From NCBI GenBank assembly GCA_963778115.1, contig CAVZSV010000005.1:32001-96000 (forward strand): a DNA stretch of 64,000 nt, written 5' to 3'. The notes below the pieces were generated by a model. It was not told the DNA's origin. It did no database searches and was given only the letters and a program-made list of their open reading frames with translations. Source of the DNA: an uncultured delta proteobacterium. GTDB lineage: Bacteria > Bdellovibrionota > FAC87 > UBA2466. Made by a program: the position numbers and the translations under genes. Below, one piece after another: positions 22,138 to 34,003 of the stretch. How positions within the stretch are numbered: the stretch's first letter is position 1; each line of letters starts with the position of its first letter.

Positions 22138-22977
22138 ATGATGCCCATGGTCAGCCTGCCGGATGGCGAGAAAGTCCCGGCACTCGGCCAGGGCACCTGG
22201 AATATGGGCGAATCCGCCTCCGCCGCCGCCTCGGAAGCCGCGACCTTGCGCGCCGGGATCGAGCTTGGGATGAGCCTGATCGATACGGCGGAAATGTATG
22301 CCGATGGCGGCGCTGAACATGTCGTAGCACAGGCCATCACCGGGTTGCGCGATCAGGTCTTCCTGGTCAGCAAAATCTCGCCGCAAAACGCTTCGGCCAC
22401 CGGTGTTGCCAAGCATTGCGCCGCCAGCCTGAAACGCCTCGGCACCGACCGGATTGACCTCTATCTCCTGCATTGGCCCGGCCGCTACCCGCTGGCGGAA
22501 ACCGTCGCGGCCTTCGAGCGGCTGCGCGCCGCCGGGCAGATCCGCCATTGGGGCGTCTCCAATTTTGACGCCGATGGCATGGCAAGGCTCTCCCAGCTCC
22601 ATGGCGGCACGGGCTGCGCGACCGATCAGGTCCTCTACCACCCGCAGCAGCGCGGCATTGAATTCGACCTTATGCCCTGGTGCCGGGCCCAGAAGATGCC
22701 CGTCATGGCCTATTCCCCGCTCGGCCAGGGGGGCAAGCTGTTGCGCTCGCCTGCCCTGAAGGCCGTGGCGCAACGCCATCAGGCGACGCCCGCGCAGATC
22801 GCTTTGGCCTGGAGCCTGCGCGATGGCAACACGATCTCGATCCCCAAATCCGCCGATATCACCCGCATGCGGGAAAACAGCGCCGCCGCCCGCATCCGCC
22901 TGACCGCCCAAGACCTCGCGGAGATCGACGCCGCCCACCGGCCACCCGACCGCAAACAACCGCTCGAAATGCTGTAA
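22138..22977 (+). CDS. Aldo/keto reductase
   Basis: LGQGTW, IDTAEMY, DLYLLHW, WGVSNF, AYSPLGQG, IPKS. Confidence 0.92.
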   Translation: MMPMVSLPDGEKVPALGQGTWNMGESASAAASEAATLRAGIELGMSLIDTAEMYADGGAEHVVAQAITGLRDQVFLVSKISPQNASATGVAKHCAASLKRLGTDRIDLYLLHWPGRYPLAETVAAFERLRAAGQIRHWGVSNFDADGMARLSQLHGGTGCATDQVLYHPQQRGIEFDLMPWCRAQKMPVMAYSPLGQGGKLLRSPALKAVAQRHQATPAQIALAWSLRDGNTISIPKSADITRMRENSAAARIRLTAQDLAEIDAAHRPPDRKQPLEML

Positions 22978-23057
22978 ATAAAAAGCCAGGTCGCATTTCT
23001 GTAATCATTTCAATATAAAGCGCGCAGGATGCCGCTGAGAAAGGGCTCGTTTGTGTC

Positions 23058-23636
23058 ATGATGATGCTGATCCTTGGCCTGATTATCTTCCTGGGCGCGC
23101 ATTCGATACGTATTTTCGCGAATGACTGGCGTAGCGCGCAGATCGCCCGGATCGGTGCCAACAGCTGGAAAGGCCTTTACGCGCTGGCATCGCTGATCGG
23201 CCTCGTGCTCATCATCTTCGGTTTCGGCATCACGCGGCAATATCCCGTGTTCCTGTACACACCGCCCGCCTGGCTGCGGGACATCAATATTCCGCTCACT
23301 TTGCTCGCTTTCGTGCTGGTGAGTGCAGCCTATGTTCCGGCCAACCGCATCAAGGCCAAAATCGGCCATCCCATGCTGGCGGGCGTGAAAGCCTGGGCGC
23401 TCGGCCATCTGCTCGCCAACGGCATGCTGGATGATGTCATCCTGTTCGGCGCATTTCTGGTCTGGGCCATCGCGGATTTCGCCGTGTCGCGCCGCCGCGA
23501 CCGGATCGCCGGCGTGGTCTATCCGCCCGGCACAGCGCGCGGCGACCTCATGGCGGTGGCCGTCGGTGTCATCACCTGGGCCATCGTGGCACTTTGGCTG
23601 CACAGGGTTTTGATCGGCGTAAATCCCCTGGCCTGA
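23058..23636 (+). CDS. NnrU family membrane protein
   Basis: LGLIIFLG.HS, HPML.GVK.WA..HLLANG, terminal H..LIGV.P. Confidence 0.85.
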   Translation: MMMLILGLIIFLGAHSIRIFANDWRSAQIARIGANSWKGLYALASLIGLVLIIFGFGITRQYPVFLYTPPAWLRDINIPLTLLAFVLVSAAYVPANRIKAKIGHPMLAGVKAWALGHLLANGMLDDVILFGAFLVWAIADFAVSRRRDRIAGVVYPPGTARGDLMAVAVGVITWAIVALWLHRVLIGVNPLA

Positions 23637-23654
23637 AGCCCTATCCCGCGCGCC

Positions 23655-23948
23655 TCACGCAAGTGAGGCGATGATCTCGCGATACGCGGCCTCTGGGAAC
23701 GCCTTCAGCGTCTTCGTCCGGACATTGCCCTGCCGGCCCATCATCAGTGTGAAACGCGCCGCAACCGCGTCATCCGGCGCCTCACTGACCAGCACCAGGT
23801 CATAATCGCCCATCGTCATGTAGCAATGGTGCAGGTGGCCGCCCATGGCCTCCATCTGCTTGCGCGCGGCATCCAGCCGCTTGGCCGAGCTTGCCACCTC
23901 GCGTATGCCTTGATCGGTCCAGTTCACCAGCGTGACATAGGTCGTCAT
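23655..23948 (-). CDS. GYD domain protein
   Basis: WTDQGIR, TMGDYDLV, GNVRTKTLKAF. Confidence 0.85.
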   Translation of the reverse strand: MTTYVTLVNWTDQGIREVASSAKRLDAARKQMEAMGGHLHHCYMTMGDYDLVLVSEAPDDAVAARFTLMMGRQGNVRTKTLKAFPEAAYREIIASLA

Positions 23949-24024
23949 CGGTTCCCTCCTCGATTTGCCTTGGACGGTTTTTCCGCCACCGGGCAGCATA
24001 GCAAATCCGGTGCCGGCGGTCTGC

Positions 24025-24477
24025 TTAAATCGGCAACTTCGTTGTCCGCTTCAGGCATTTCAGCGCGAAATGCGAATGCACAGAGGCGACGCCGGGAAAG
24101 TGCAGCAGCACCTTCTTCAAAAAATGCTCATATTCATCGATGCTTTTTACGACGACCCGGAAAAGATAATCGCTCTCCCCGCTCATCGAGAAACAATCGA
24201 CGATTTCCTTCCGCGCGCAAGCCACACGCTCAAGCGCTTCCAGTGTTTCCTCATCATGCGCCTTGAGCTTTACATGCGCGAACACGCTGATATCGAGCCC
24301 CATGATTTTCGGGTCGAGGACGATGCTGCGCTCGCGGATCGCGCCGCCCGCCTCCAATTGCTTGATCCGCCGCCAGCAGGGCGTGTGGGACAATCCCATA
24401 CGCTCGGCGAGAGCGGCGACGGAAATTTCCGGTTCATCCTGCAATATCCTGAGGATTTTCAGGTCCGTTTCATCCAC
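24025..24477 (-). CDS. Lrp/AsnC regulator (BkdR-like by context)
   Basis: D.KIL..LQ...LAERMGLS.TPCWRRIK.LE HTH; divergent from the bkd operon. Confidence 0.9.
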   Translation of the reverse strand: MDETDLKILRILQDEPEISVAALAERMGLSHTPCWRRIKQLEAGGAIRERSIVLDPKIMGLDISVFAHVKLKAHDEETLEALERVACARKEIVDCFSMSGESDYLFRVVVKSIDEYEHFLKKVLLHFPGVASVHSHFALKCLKRTTKLPI

Positions 24478-24625
24478 GCGATTTTATCCTTATTATTGCG
24501 GTTTTTTGAGCATTCTATCCTAAAACCGCCGCGTTCTGAATAGAAAAACGCAATTTCGTTCCGGGTTCTCCCATGCGATATTGGTAACAATCCAAAGGCT
24601 CCGCATCCGCAAAGGACCGGATGAA

Positions 24626-25855
24626 ATGTTGAACCGCCCGCAACTCAGCCTTCATATCCCTGCCGCACACGCCCGGCCGGGCGACAAGCCGGATTTCAGC
24701 TACCTGCCTCTGCCGCCGGCCGGCGCCACAAGATGCCCGGATCCCCTCACCCAAGAAGCCGCCATGCGGGACCTGCCCTACGGGTTGATCCGCGTGCTGG
24801 ATGAGAAAGGCCAGGCCATCGGCCCCTGGGATCCACACCTCGCCCCTGAGCTGCTGCGCCGGGGGCTTCGCGCCATGCTGCTGACCCGTGTGTTCGACGA
24901 CCGCATGTTCGCCGCCCACCGCCAGGGCAAAACCTCGTTCTTCATCAAATCCACCGGCGAGGAAGCCATCGGTGCCGCGACCTCCCTGATGCTCGGCCGC
25001 GGCGATATGTGTTTCCCGACCTACCGCATGGTCAGCTATTTGATGGCGCGCGATTACCCGCTGATCGACCTGATCAACCAGATCTATTCGAACGCGGCGG
25101 ACCGACTGAAAGGCCGGCAGATGCCGGTGCTCTATTCCGCGCGCGAATACGGATTCTACTCCATCGCCGGCAATCTCGGCAGCCGCTTCGGCCATGCCGT
25201 CGGCTGGGCGATGGCTTCGGCCTATAAGCATGACGATAAAATCGCCATCGGCTTTATCGGGGACGGCACCACCGCGGAAGGCGCGTCCCACGAGGCGATG
25301 GCCTTCGCGACCGTCTACCGCGCCCCGGTCATCCTCTGCATCACCAACAACCAATGGGCGATCTCGACCTGCCAGGGCTTTGCCGGCGGCGATGAGACCA
25401 CCTTCGCGGCGCGGGCCACCGGCTACGGCCTGCCCGGCCTGCGCGTGGATGGCAATGATTTCCTGGCGGTCTATGCCGCCACGCAATGGGCCGCAGCACG
25501 CGCGCGCGCCAACCATGGCGCGACGCTCATCGAATTCGTCACCTACCGCGCCGCCGGCCATTCCACGAGCGACGACCCGGCCCGATACCGCCCGGCGGAT
25601 GAGCCCAGGCAATGGCCGCTGGGCGATCCGATCGAGCGGCTGAAGACTCATCTGATCGGGCTCGGCGAATGGTCCGAACCACAGCACCAGACGCTGCAAG
25701 ACGAGGTGACGGCGACCATGCGCGCCGCCGCGAAGGCGAGCGAGGCGATCGGCACGCTGGGTACCTCCTCACCGGCCAAGCGGGAGATGTTCGAGGATGT
25801 CTACAAGGCGCCGGACTGGCGTCTGATCGAACAATGCCGGGAAGTGGGAGGCTGA
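24626..25855 (+). CDS. bkdA1: Branched-chain 2-oxo acid dehydrogenase E1 alpha
   Basis: [18 protein letters not shown]...[10 protein letters not shown] motif, HSTSDDP. Confidence 0.92.
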   Translation: MLNRPQLSLHIPAAHARPGDKPDFSYLPLPPAGATRCPDPLTQEAAMRDLPYGLIRVLDEKGQAIGPWDPHLAPELLRRGLRAMLLTRVFDDRMFAAHRQGKTSFFIKSTGEEAIGAATSLMLGRGDMCFPTYRMVSYLMARDYPLIDLINQIYSNAADRLKGRQMPVLYSAREYGFYSIAGNLGSRFGHAVGWAMASAYKHDDKIAIGFIGDGTTAEGASHEAMAFATVYRAPVILCITNNQWAISTCQGFAGGDETTFAARATGYGLPGLRVDGNDFLAVYAATQWAAARARANHGATLIEFVTYRAAGHSTSDDPARYRPADEPRQWPLGDPIERLKTHLIGLGEWSEPQHQTLQDEVTATMRAAAKASEAIGTLGTSSPAKREMFEDVYKAPDWRLIEQCREVGG

Positions 25856-25857
25856 AC

Positions 25858-26874
25858 ATGGCCGCCATGAACATGATCCAGGCGCTCAATTCCGCCCTCG
25901 ATGTCATGCTGACCCGCGATCCGGACGTGCTGATCTTCGGCGAGGATGTCGGCTATTTCGGCGGGGTATTTCGCGTCACCGACGGGTTGATGGCCAAGCA
26001 CGGGCTCACCCGCTGCTTCGATACGCCGATTTCGGAAGGCGGCATCGTCGCCACCGCCATCGGCATGGGCGCCTATGGCCTGCGCCCGGTCGTGGAAATC
26101 CAGTTCGCCGATTACATTCTCCCGGCCTATGACCAGCTGGTTTCCGAAGCCGCGCGCCTGCGCTACCGCTCTGGCGGGCGATTTTTCAGCCCCCATCACG
26201 GTGCGCTCGCCCTATGGCGGCGGCATTTTCGGCGGCCAGACCCATAGCGCCAGCCCCGAGGCGATTTTCGCGCATGTTTCGGGGCTGAAAACGATCATCC
26301 CCTCGAACCCCTATGACGCGAAAGGGCTTCTGATTTCCGCCATCGAGGATGACGACCCGGTGATCTTCCTGGAACCCAAGCGCCTCTATAACGGCCCGTT
26401 CGATGGGCGGCCCGACCAGCCGGTGCAGCCCTGGGCGAAACATCCCGCCAGCGATGTGCCGGAGGATTACTACAAAATCCCACTCGGCCAGGCCGCGATC
26501 GTCCGTCGCCGGTTCGGCGGTGACGGTGCTGGCCTATGGCACCATGGTCCATGTCGCGCTCCGCGCCGTGGAGGATTCCGGGATCGATGCCGAGGTGATC
26601 GATCTGCGCAGCCTGGTGCCGCTCGACATCGAGACCATCCTCAGCCTCCGTCAAAAAAACCCGGCGCTGCGTGATCGTCCATGAGGCGTCGCGGTTCGGC
26701 GGTTTCGGCGGCGAGATTTCCTCCCTCGTGCAGGAGCGCTGCTTCTATCATCTCGAAGCGCCGATCGAACGCGTCGCGGGCTGGGACACGCCCTATCCGC
26801 ACGCCTTCGAATGGGATTATTTCCCCGGCCCGGGCCGCGTTGCCGCCGCTTTGCGCCGCACGCAGGAGGGCTGA
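25858..26874 (+). CDS. bkdA2: Branched-chain 2-oxo acid dehydrogenase E1 beta (frameshifted in this sequence)
   Basis: [46 protein letters not shown] across frames. Confidence 0.92.
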
Positions 26875-26876
26875 GC

Positions 26877-27333
26877 ATGGCACACTATGTTTTCCGCCTG
26901 CCCGATATCGGCGAAGGCATCGTTGAGGCGGAAATCACCGCCTGGCATGTCCAGCCCGGCGAATGGCTGGAGGAAGACCAGCCGATGGTCGATGTCATGA
27001 CCGATAAAGCGACGGTGGAGATGACAGCCCCCGTCTCCGGCCGGATTTCTGCTTTGCATGGCGAGATCGGTCAGAAGGTCGCCATCGGTGCACCTTTGGT
27101 CGAGCTGGAACTGGAGGGCATGGCGCCCGCTTCCGCGCCCCCCGCAAAGGTGCCTCCCAACAGCGCTCCCCTCGCCTCGCCTGCCACCCGCCAGCGGGCG
27201 CGCGAACTTGGGATTGCACTGGAACTCCGTCCCTGGTACCGGCCCGGAGGGGCGGATTACCGCCGCCGACCTCGAAAATTTCACTGCGCGTGCGGAACGC
27301 AACAAGCCCGGCACCGAGGCTGCGCGCATCCAG
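26877..27333 (+). CDS. bkdB: Dihydrolipoamide acyltransferase E2, N-terminal part only (cut at the junction)
   Basis: Lipoyl domain LPDIGEG..VMTDKATVE, E3-binding ASPATR..ARELG..GTGPEGRI; catalytic domain absent. Confidence 0.88.
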
Positions 27334-29506
27334 CGGAGACAGAGGCGGTGGTCGAGAGGCTAGTCAGGCACCTGGCCCCGCTGCTGGACACCAGCAGTGA
27401 CATGGATGAGCTTGATCCAGCTGGCCCTGCTGACATGGCACTGGTACGGCTGACGGCCTCAGAGGCGCTGCTGCGCCTGGCGCGCCTGCACGATGCGCGA
27501 ATTCACCCGGAGGTCTACATGTCGCTGGCACTCACTATGCAGGTGGGCGAGAATCAGGACCTTTGTCTCCTGACAACTTAGTATGTCGTTCAGGCTAGAG
27601 AAGAGGCGCAGTGATACAGGCGCTGCTGCGCCTAGCACGCCTGCACAATGTGTGTCCTCACCCAGAAGTATACACGTCGCTGGCACTGGCAGTGCAGGAT
27701 CGGGGGTGTCTCCTGTCTGGGTGCTGCAATCACTCTTGCCATTATGTAAATGTTAGTGTTCAGTGATGGGCCTGCACAAGGGGTGTATAGCTGGGCGGTC
27801 CACATGTCCCTGACGCTGGCCATGCAGCTGCATAGTGAGCGCAGGAGACATGCCCCCGGTTCACGTGCCCTCACGAGGCCTATGCTCCACCTTCACGGTG
27901 AGAATGGGTGGGGTGCATATCGTATCAGCCTGCCAAAGGTCTCCTGCTGTGAAAAGCTTGCGGAGTCGAGAGCTGCCGGCGGCAACAATTCGGCAATCTC
28001 CCTCTTGAGAGGGGCACAGAAGTATATTGTGAAGAATGCGTTCCTGTGGCAGGACCCGCTGATGGAGGTACGCAAGGCATTTGGGGCAAAGGTGCGCCGC
28101 ACAGTGCTGCTGCTGAACGCGCGGCCATCATACGCGCAGCGCGCTTCCAAGTATGCAGCCATGCTGCCCATGGCGGGCATGGACCCCAGCGAGACGAACA
28201 GGTGGCTTCCTGCTACCGTATGGTTCAGGACATCACAATGCTTAGGGTTGCAGTGAAGAGTGCAAGGATCATGGAAGCCACAATGCTTCAGCCTTGCACA
28301 TGACTCTTGTAGCTTGCCGCTTTCCCTCTCCTTCATCGCTGTATGTGCTGCAAGCACCATGGGGCGATGTCTGGCACGGCCACTGCAATCGATTGTTTGC
28401 GGCCAGATGAAGAATACTGGAAGCATGTGAATGAGCTGAGCTACACGGTGGTGTCTGGTGCAGGGCAAATGCATATGCAGCACTGAGCGAATATGTGCTG
28501 AAGAGGAGGCGGGCGGCCGCAGATGGCATAGCAGCTGCAGCACAGGCAGGTGGTCAGGGCGGCACAGTGCTGCACCAGCTGCCTGACTTCCTGCTGCCCT
28601 ACCTTATACAGGTCTTGCCCCAGCTTCTTGGTCTTTGTGCTATCTGTATGAACGAGCCCAGACCACATTGTGGCGTGAGCACTGGGCAAAACACATGCTG
28701 CTTCTGGCCTTCCACCACCTGCAGTGTCTGCCTGCCTTCCTCATCCTTGCCGCAATGCGAGTGCAGGTGCCCTGCTGAGGTGCGCATGTGCCAGTGCAGA
28801 AGATGCTCAACGACTGGGCAAGAGCAGCATGCAGACCCTGGCCTTGATTGAAGTTCTCTTGCTGTGTGCAGATCCTGCGCACCACCCAGACTTCCCTACC
28901 AGGCAGGATGCTGCAGAGGTGGGCCCTGCAGTGTATCAGCCCTTCTCAAAGATGCTGCAGTTTGCCCTGGAGCCGCTGCTCCTGGCAGCCACTGGGGCGG
29001 ATCACGCAGAGCCCCCAGGTGACTTACTACTCACCTGATGCCAATTCCCTGTACGAGTAGTGCTGCAGAATTGTAGGAGGCATGTGACATGCTCTTGAGT
29101 GCCAAAGCCTGCAGGTGATCAGCTTTGAATGCAGATCCACTCATGCCGATGCGGTGCTTGGCAAGCAGAGGGCAAACTCTTGCATGGGAGTCTCTGCAAA
29201 TAGCAGTCAGCATCTGATCATCTATCTGTTGAATATATGTTGTCCATAGCGTGACATTATCACCACCTGCTGCAGGCGCGGTGCTTCCTGCCATCGTGAA
29301 GGTGCTGCGCACGCTGAAGGCCACGGAGGATGCCACATCAGAGCCTGCCACCCAGTGCATCTACCTGCTGTGCGACACAGCGCTGGCGCTGGCGAGCGCC
29401 ATTGTGGAGGCGCACTCGCCCGGGGCGACCTCTGCGGGCAAGTACCCGGGCAGCGTGCCCCTGCCCAAGACCTTCTTCAGGCAGCTTGACAGGAGTCAGC
29501 TGAAGG
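27334..29506 (+). CDS. PDS5: Eukaryotic intron-containing gene fragment, PDS5-like sister chromatid cohesion protein; exons about 27334-27542, 28053-28201, 28464-28611, 28872-29018, 29276-29506
   Basis: CAG|exon|GT boundaries splice into RLTASEALLRLAR..MQDPLMEVRKAF..KYAAML..PDFLLPYLIQILAHHPDFP..LKATEDA..IYLLCD..VPLPKTFF (one indel needed in exon 4), resembling the PDS5 C-terminal HEAT region. Confidence 0.72.
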
Positions 29507-31757
29507 GTGACCGCTCTTCTCTGACATTGCTTTCTAATCTGAATCCCATCAACACCGTTTCCGCATGGGATGCCAAAGGTCTGATCCAGATAATCACAAT
29601 CTCTTTTGAGCTTATGTCAGGCATAACAGTGAATCTGGTACTCAGGCAGCACTGCCCCTGCAGGCAAGCCAAAGGATGGCATGCATCTTCCTGAGGGCTT
29701 TGGGGTGACCCTGGAGGACCTGTGCCCCAACCAGCCCGCCCGGCCAGGGCAGCGGGCAGTCCGGGGTGGGCGCACCAAGCCCAAGGCGGAGCCTGCGCAC
29801 AGCCCCAAGAGGCGCAGGAAGAAGGCTGCAGAGTGAGTCTGCGACTGTCTTGTGCTTGCCATGCGCTCTGCTGGCTGAGATCTTTGTCGAAAGATGTGAG
29901 AGAGCGAGCAAATGTGAGAGAGCTCAGGAATATCTGCCCATGGCTGTGCATGCTGGATGGCAGGCTTGTGCACGGACGCCCCTGCACAGTCTGGAAGATC
30001 CTCATCTACGTGATTCCTATCGCCTCGGCAGGTCCAGACTGGAATCTCAACTTCCGCATTGTGTCCTCTCGTAGGATTCAAAGAACTAGGCCACGCAGGG
30101 ACGTGCCACAGAGGAATGCTCGCACAAAGCGCAAGGCGGCGCCTGCTGACCTGGCAGAGGCTTCTTCGGGCAGCGACGATGACCCAGACAATGATCACAT
30201 TGACAACTTCAACGACATGGAAGAGAAGCAAAGGTCAGCGTCATGAAACATCTCTGGCCCCATCAGCTGCATCCCTAGCCAGAAGCCATGCGTGCTTGTC
30301 GCAGACTGTAGGCTACATGAACCTTGAAGGCGGTGACATGAGACTATGCAGCCGCACGCCTTCCCGGGGGTTGGCTCATGTCGTCGTTTGACAATCCCAG
30401 GCACAGAGAGTAATGACGGCAATTCCCAAAGCCTGTGATATCAGAAGTCAAATTTTTGAGCTGGCATGCGTGTGATTGCAGGCATACTGCTGGCAAGCAT
30501 GCAAAGAGGCCTGCAGACAGCAGCGCCAGCAGCGAAAGCTCCGGCAAGAGGCAGAAGCTGAAGGCAAGTGGCAAGCAGAAGCACGGCCGAGGGTCCCCAG
30601 ATGAGAACCATGCGCCGCCTGACTGCAACCGAGCAGCCCCCAAAGGTCTGCCTTTTCCCTGCTCTCCTGTTTGTCATCTCACCTCACACCATGTCATCAG
30701 CATTGCCTGATGCTGAAACACAGCATCCTATGTATCTGGTGTTTCCCTTTCATGGCCACTTTGCCTGCTGGGCACATGTCTGCCTGCAGAGGCAGGCATC
30801 TCAAAGTATGCACTTGCAGCATATGATCATGGGCTGCCAAGCTGTTGCTGCATTGGGCAATTGCACAGGGGTGACTGTGAGATTAGGTTTTTCTTCTCAT
30901 GCAGGCCCAAAGGGAAGGAGCAAGGAGCGCAAGCAATCCAGGGCGGCTCAGATAGCCCAGAAGGTGGCTGGCGCTCTGAAGGCAGTCCACAATTCTGAGG
31001 CAGCAGGTCCTTCGCTGAACTCTCACAGAGTCCTCTGCTAACCCATGCTACACTGCCTGGAACAATGTCAAAATATCCTTTTTAGACAGCGGGCTGCACC
31101 TTAACAATATGGCGCCAGCTTTATGGGCAAGTGAGGAAGCACTGAAGCGCCGATTTGTGTGGCGCAGCAGGCACACAGCCGGAGAAACAACATCCCAGCA
31201 CAGCACAGCCGGGAGAAGGGATGCAGAAGGGAAGGTGAGGCTTCCACCACATTGCAGCCAACTCTCATTCTCTGCCTGGCCTCACCGTAGCCTGTTCTCG
31301 CTGCGCAGGTCGTCGGTGCATCACTGAAGGCCCCTCTGTACCAGCTGTTGGTTCTTCGTCCACAGCGCACTGACCCTTCATGTTGCGACTGCAGGAGAGC
31401 TGCACAGGAGCCTGACAGTGAGCAGGAGCAGGAGAGTGAGAGCAAGCAGGAGCCGGCCTCGCTGCGAGCACACACATCCCAGGAGACAGATAGCGAAGCA
31501 GACTGGGGCACAGCTTCTGACCCAAGGTGAGCCTCAGCCAAAGTTATCGGCTACAAGTTTGGTCTCTGGCTTCTGAGGCCACCTGAGGCTCAGGGCTACT
31601 TGAAGCCTGGTAGTACCTGACAGGGGAGATATGATGCTTTGTATATGCCTGCAGGCATGATGCGCAGCATATGGCCGGCGCAAACACCAAGGGAGTGACT
31701 GGAGCAGCAGCGCGTGGCCTTGCGCACCGATTGACGAGGAGCCAACTTGTAGCATAA
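29507..31757 (+). other. Continuation of eukaryotic DNA, with probable further exons encoding a low-complexity charged tail
   Basis: TGCAG acceptor-like sites before K/R/S/E-rich segments (near 30480, 30905, 31395, 31655); exon boundaries not resolved. Confidence 0.45.
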
Positions 31758-32323
31758 TGTGCCGAACGATTGTCGATGCCTTGCGGGAGATAGAGGCTAC
31801 CTTACCTTTCCCTCTCTACGCCTTTAACTGCGCTAACGGTTCAGAGTTTATTAACCATGAACTCGTCAAATATTTCGGCCCGGCTGGAGAGAAACAACGT
31901 CTACACCAATTAATGACTCGCTCCAGAGAGTACAAGAAAAACGATAACTGCCACGTCGAGCAAAAGAACTGGACTCATGTCCGCCAGCTCTTTGGCTATC
32001 GACGAATCGATGCAAAGGAATTCGTTGATCTTATGAACGACATCTACCGAACCGAACAATGCCTCTTGCAGAATTTCTTCATCCCTCAGGTCAAACTAAA
32101 ATCCAAGATTCGAATCGGAGCTAAGTACAAACGCACCTACACAAAACCCAGGACGCCCTATCAAGCCCTTCTAGACTTACCGGACTTCAACCCAGCAACC
32201 AAAGATCGCCTTAAGGCTCTCTTCCTGTCCCTCAATCCCTTTGACCTTCAGGTATCCCTAGAAAAGAAAATGGCCAGATTCTATCAAGCTCTCCAACCAA
32301 AAACCGAAAGGATAGCAGCATGA
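31757..32323 (+). mobile_element. 5'-truncated DDE (integrase-core) IS transposase
   Basis: NGSEFIN, TRSREYKKNDNCHVEQKNWTHVR, TPYQ motifs; N-terminus missing at the junction. Confidence 0.85.
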
Positions 32324-32352
32324 CTCAAAGCCAAAATCCCACCTCATTTCAG

Positions 32353-33300
32353 TTAGTTCTTCTTATGAGGAAGCGGGCGGCGCTGAGGGAGTGGAAAGCC
32401 CTTGGCTCCAAGAACAGGCAGTCTAGGATCTCTAGAGGGCAATTGTATGGCCGGTGAGCCTGCGTAAGCTAGATTTTCGAGCAGTTGGTCGCTGCATTCG
32501 GGAACCCACTTCCTAAAGTAAGCGGCAGCAGCTCCCGCATCCGGATTAAGCAGATAGGCCATCATTTCGTTGGCCATGAGTTCGGCATCATCAGCCGCGT
32601 ATCCTAACTTCGCTAAGACTTTGACCATGGCTTTTCGCCTGGAAGCGTGAAGGCTTTGGTAATATTCGATCGTAGTCCCTCGAAAGACTTCATCCGTGAA
32701 AAACTGGGCGTGCAAGATTTCGTGGCCGACAGTACTTACCAAGGATCCTGGACTGTCGATGGATGCTGCAAGTAGAACGAAACGATCCCCGTATTTCTCA
32801 ACGATAGTTCGCAGGGCCTGTCGTTCAAAGCGCCGCTCCCATTCGTTCAAGGATTTGTCTCGTCGGCCGACTTTAAAGAAATCGATCGCCGCTTTTCCTC
32901 TGATATCGTGCCCCGCTGTTCTCTTAACGGAGGCGATCGTATAACGGTGCTCCATTTCTCGAAGTGGTTCTCTGCCCGGCTTATCCCGGTACTGCCCTTC
33001 GCTAAAAGCAGAGAGTCTTGTGAACATACGGTTCATGACAGCCAGTTCATAGGAGAGACAGAGATAGACACTGGGAAGCCCCACCACCTCAGCGCATTCG
33101 GTATAGTCTTCCCACCCTTTGAAATGGAAGGCGTCTATTTTGGGCTTATAGATCTTACCGATAGCATCCGCCCACCGGAAAAGGCCATCGCCTTGAAGTC
33201 GTACGGGACGATCGCGCAAAATCAAAAAAGGATCTGCTTGAAGCGCAAAACCCAGAGTTAGGGTTAAGGTCAGCCCGACAAGAGAAAATTTTCGCAACAT
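32353..33300 (-). CDS. Exported protein with an HExxH zinc-metallopeptidase motif
   Basis: Hydrophobic N-terminal signal; GHEILHAQF plus downstream NEMMAY. Confidence 0.6.
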   Translation of the reverse strand: MLRKFSLVGLTLTLTLGFALQADPFLILRDRPVRLQGDGLFRWADAIGKIYKPKIDAFHFKGWEDYTECAEVVGLPSVYLCLSYELAVMNRMFTRLSAFSEGQYRDKPGREPLREMEHRYTIASVKRTAGHDIRGKAAIDFFKVGRRDKSLNEWERRFERQALRTIVEKYGDRFVLLAASIDSPGSLVSTVGHEILHAQFFTDEVFRGTTIEYYQSLHASRRKAMVKVLAKLGYAADDAELMANEMMAYLLNPDAGAAAAYFRKWVPECSDQLLENLAYAGSPAIQLPSRDPRLPVLGAKGFPLPQRRPLPHKKN

Positions 33301-33472
33301 TCAGGGCTTATGGCATGTTACCCAAATTTCATCAAGGGCTTTCAACGAACACCACCGAACAATGACGTCCGTCCCCTCTTGAGCCCCCTTCGCCAAAAAG
33401 GGTACACCGGCCTTACTCAAAACGAACAAGGCGTTCGTTGAGATCCCAATATTGACCCAGGAGTGTAGTCGT

Positions 33473-34003
33473 ATGTTTAATCTAAATTCCCAGCGAATCG
33501 TTTTATTAGTTGCCGCCATAGTTTCCCTCTCGGCACAGGCGCGCCTTAACCCGTCCCACATTTGTATTAGAGTTCCCGGCATATCTTCAGAAGTGGTCTG
33601 TCAAAACCCGGTCCCCGAAAAAACAGAAGTCGTGCAAGCGAAGGAGCTTTTACCGGGTTTTGAAGCCGCCATTATTGAAAAAGAAAATGAAGGGAAGGTG
33701 GAGTACCACAAGATCTTCCAAGACCCAAAATCGACGACCACTCTTGAAGCGAAGGAATTTAAAGTCGAAATAAGTTCAACCAATGTGGTGTCTTTGGCGT
33801 TACAGAGCACTTATAGAATCCTTGAAATTACCGTCACGGACCGGGATAACGGGAAGGTCATTGCTTACCAACGTCAGTACAGTGACTCGGTCGATAACCT
33901 AAACGCCATGGTGATGAACTTTGTTCATCCTCGCACTTTAGAAAGCTATGTCGTAGGCGTCAGATCGGAAACTTGTACTAAGAGGCTAGCGAAGAAAAAG
34001 TGA
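33473..34003 (+). CDS. Exported hypothetical protein
   Basis: AGGAG upstream; signal peptide ending AQA. Confidence 0.7.
   Translation: MFNLNSQRIVLLVAAIVSLSAQARLNPSHICIRVPGISSEVVCQNPVPEKTEVVQAKELLPGFEAAIIEKENEGKVEYHKIFQDPKSTTTLEAKEFKVEISSTNVVSLALQSTYRILEITVTDRDNGKVIAYQRQYSDSVDNLNAMVMNFVHPRTLESYVVGVRSETCTKRLAKKK

Noticed and set aside
16395..22959. Long antisense ORFs such as 16395-17645, 20850-22340 and 22111-22959
   Set aside because: They are shadows of real genes in high-GC DNA and carry no recognisable motifs.
26811..27581. Novel lipoyl-domain fusion protein
   Set aside because: The ORF crosses an indel and the bacterial/eukaryotic junction, so it is an artefact.
27334..31757. Eukaryote-to-bacterium horizontal transfer
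   Set aside because: Introns are retained, the flanks come from two different bacteria and both flanking genes are truncated. Chimerism or concatenation is far simpler.
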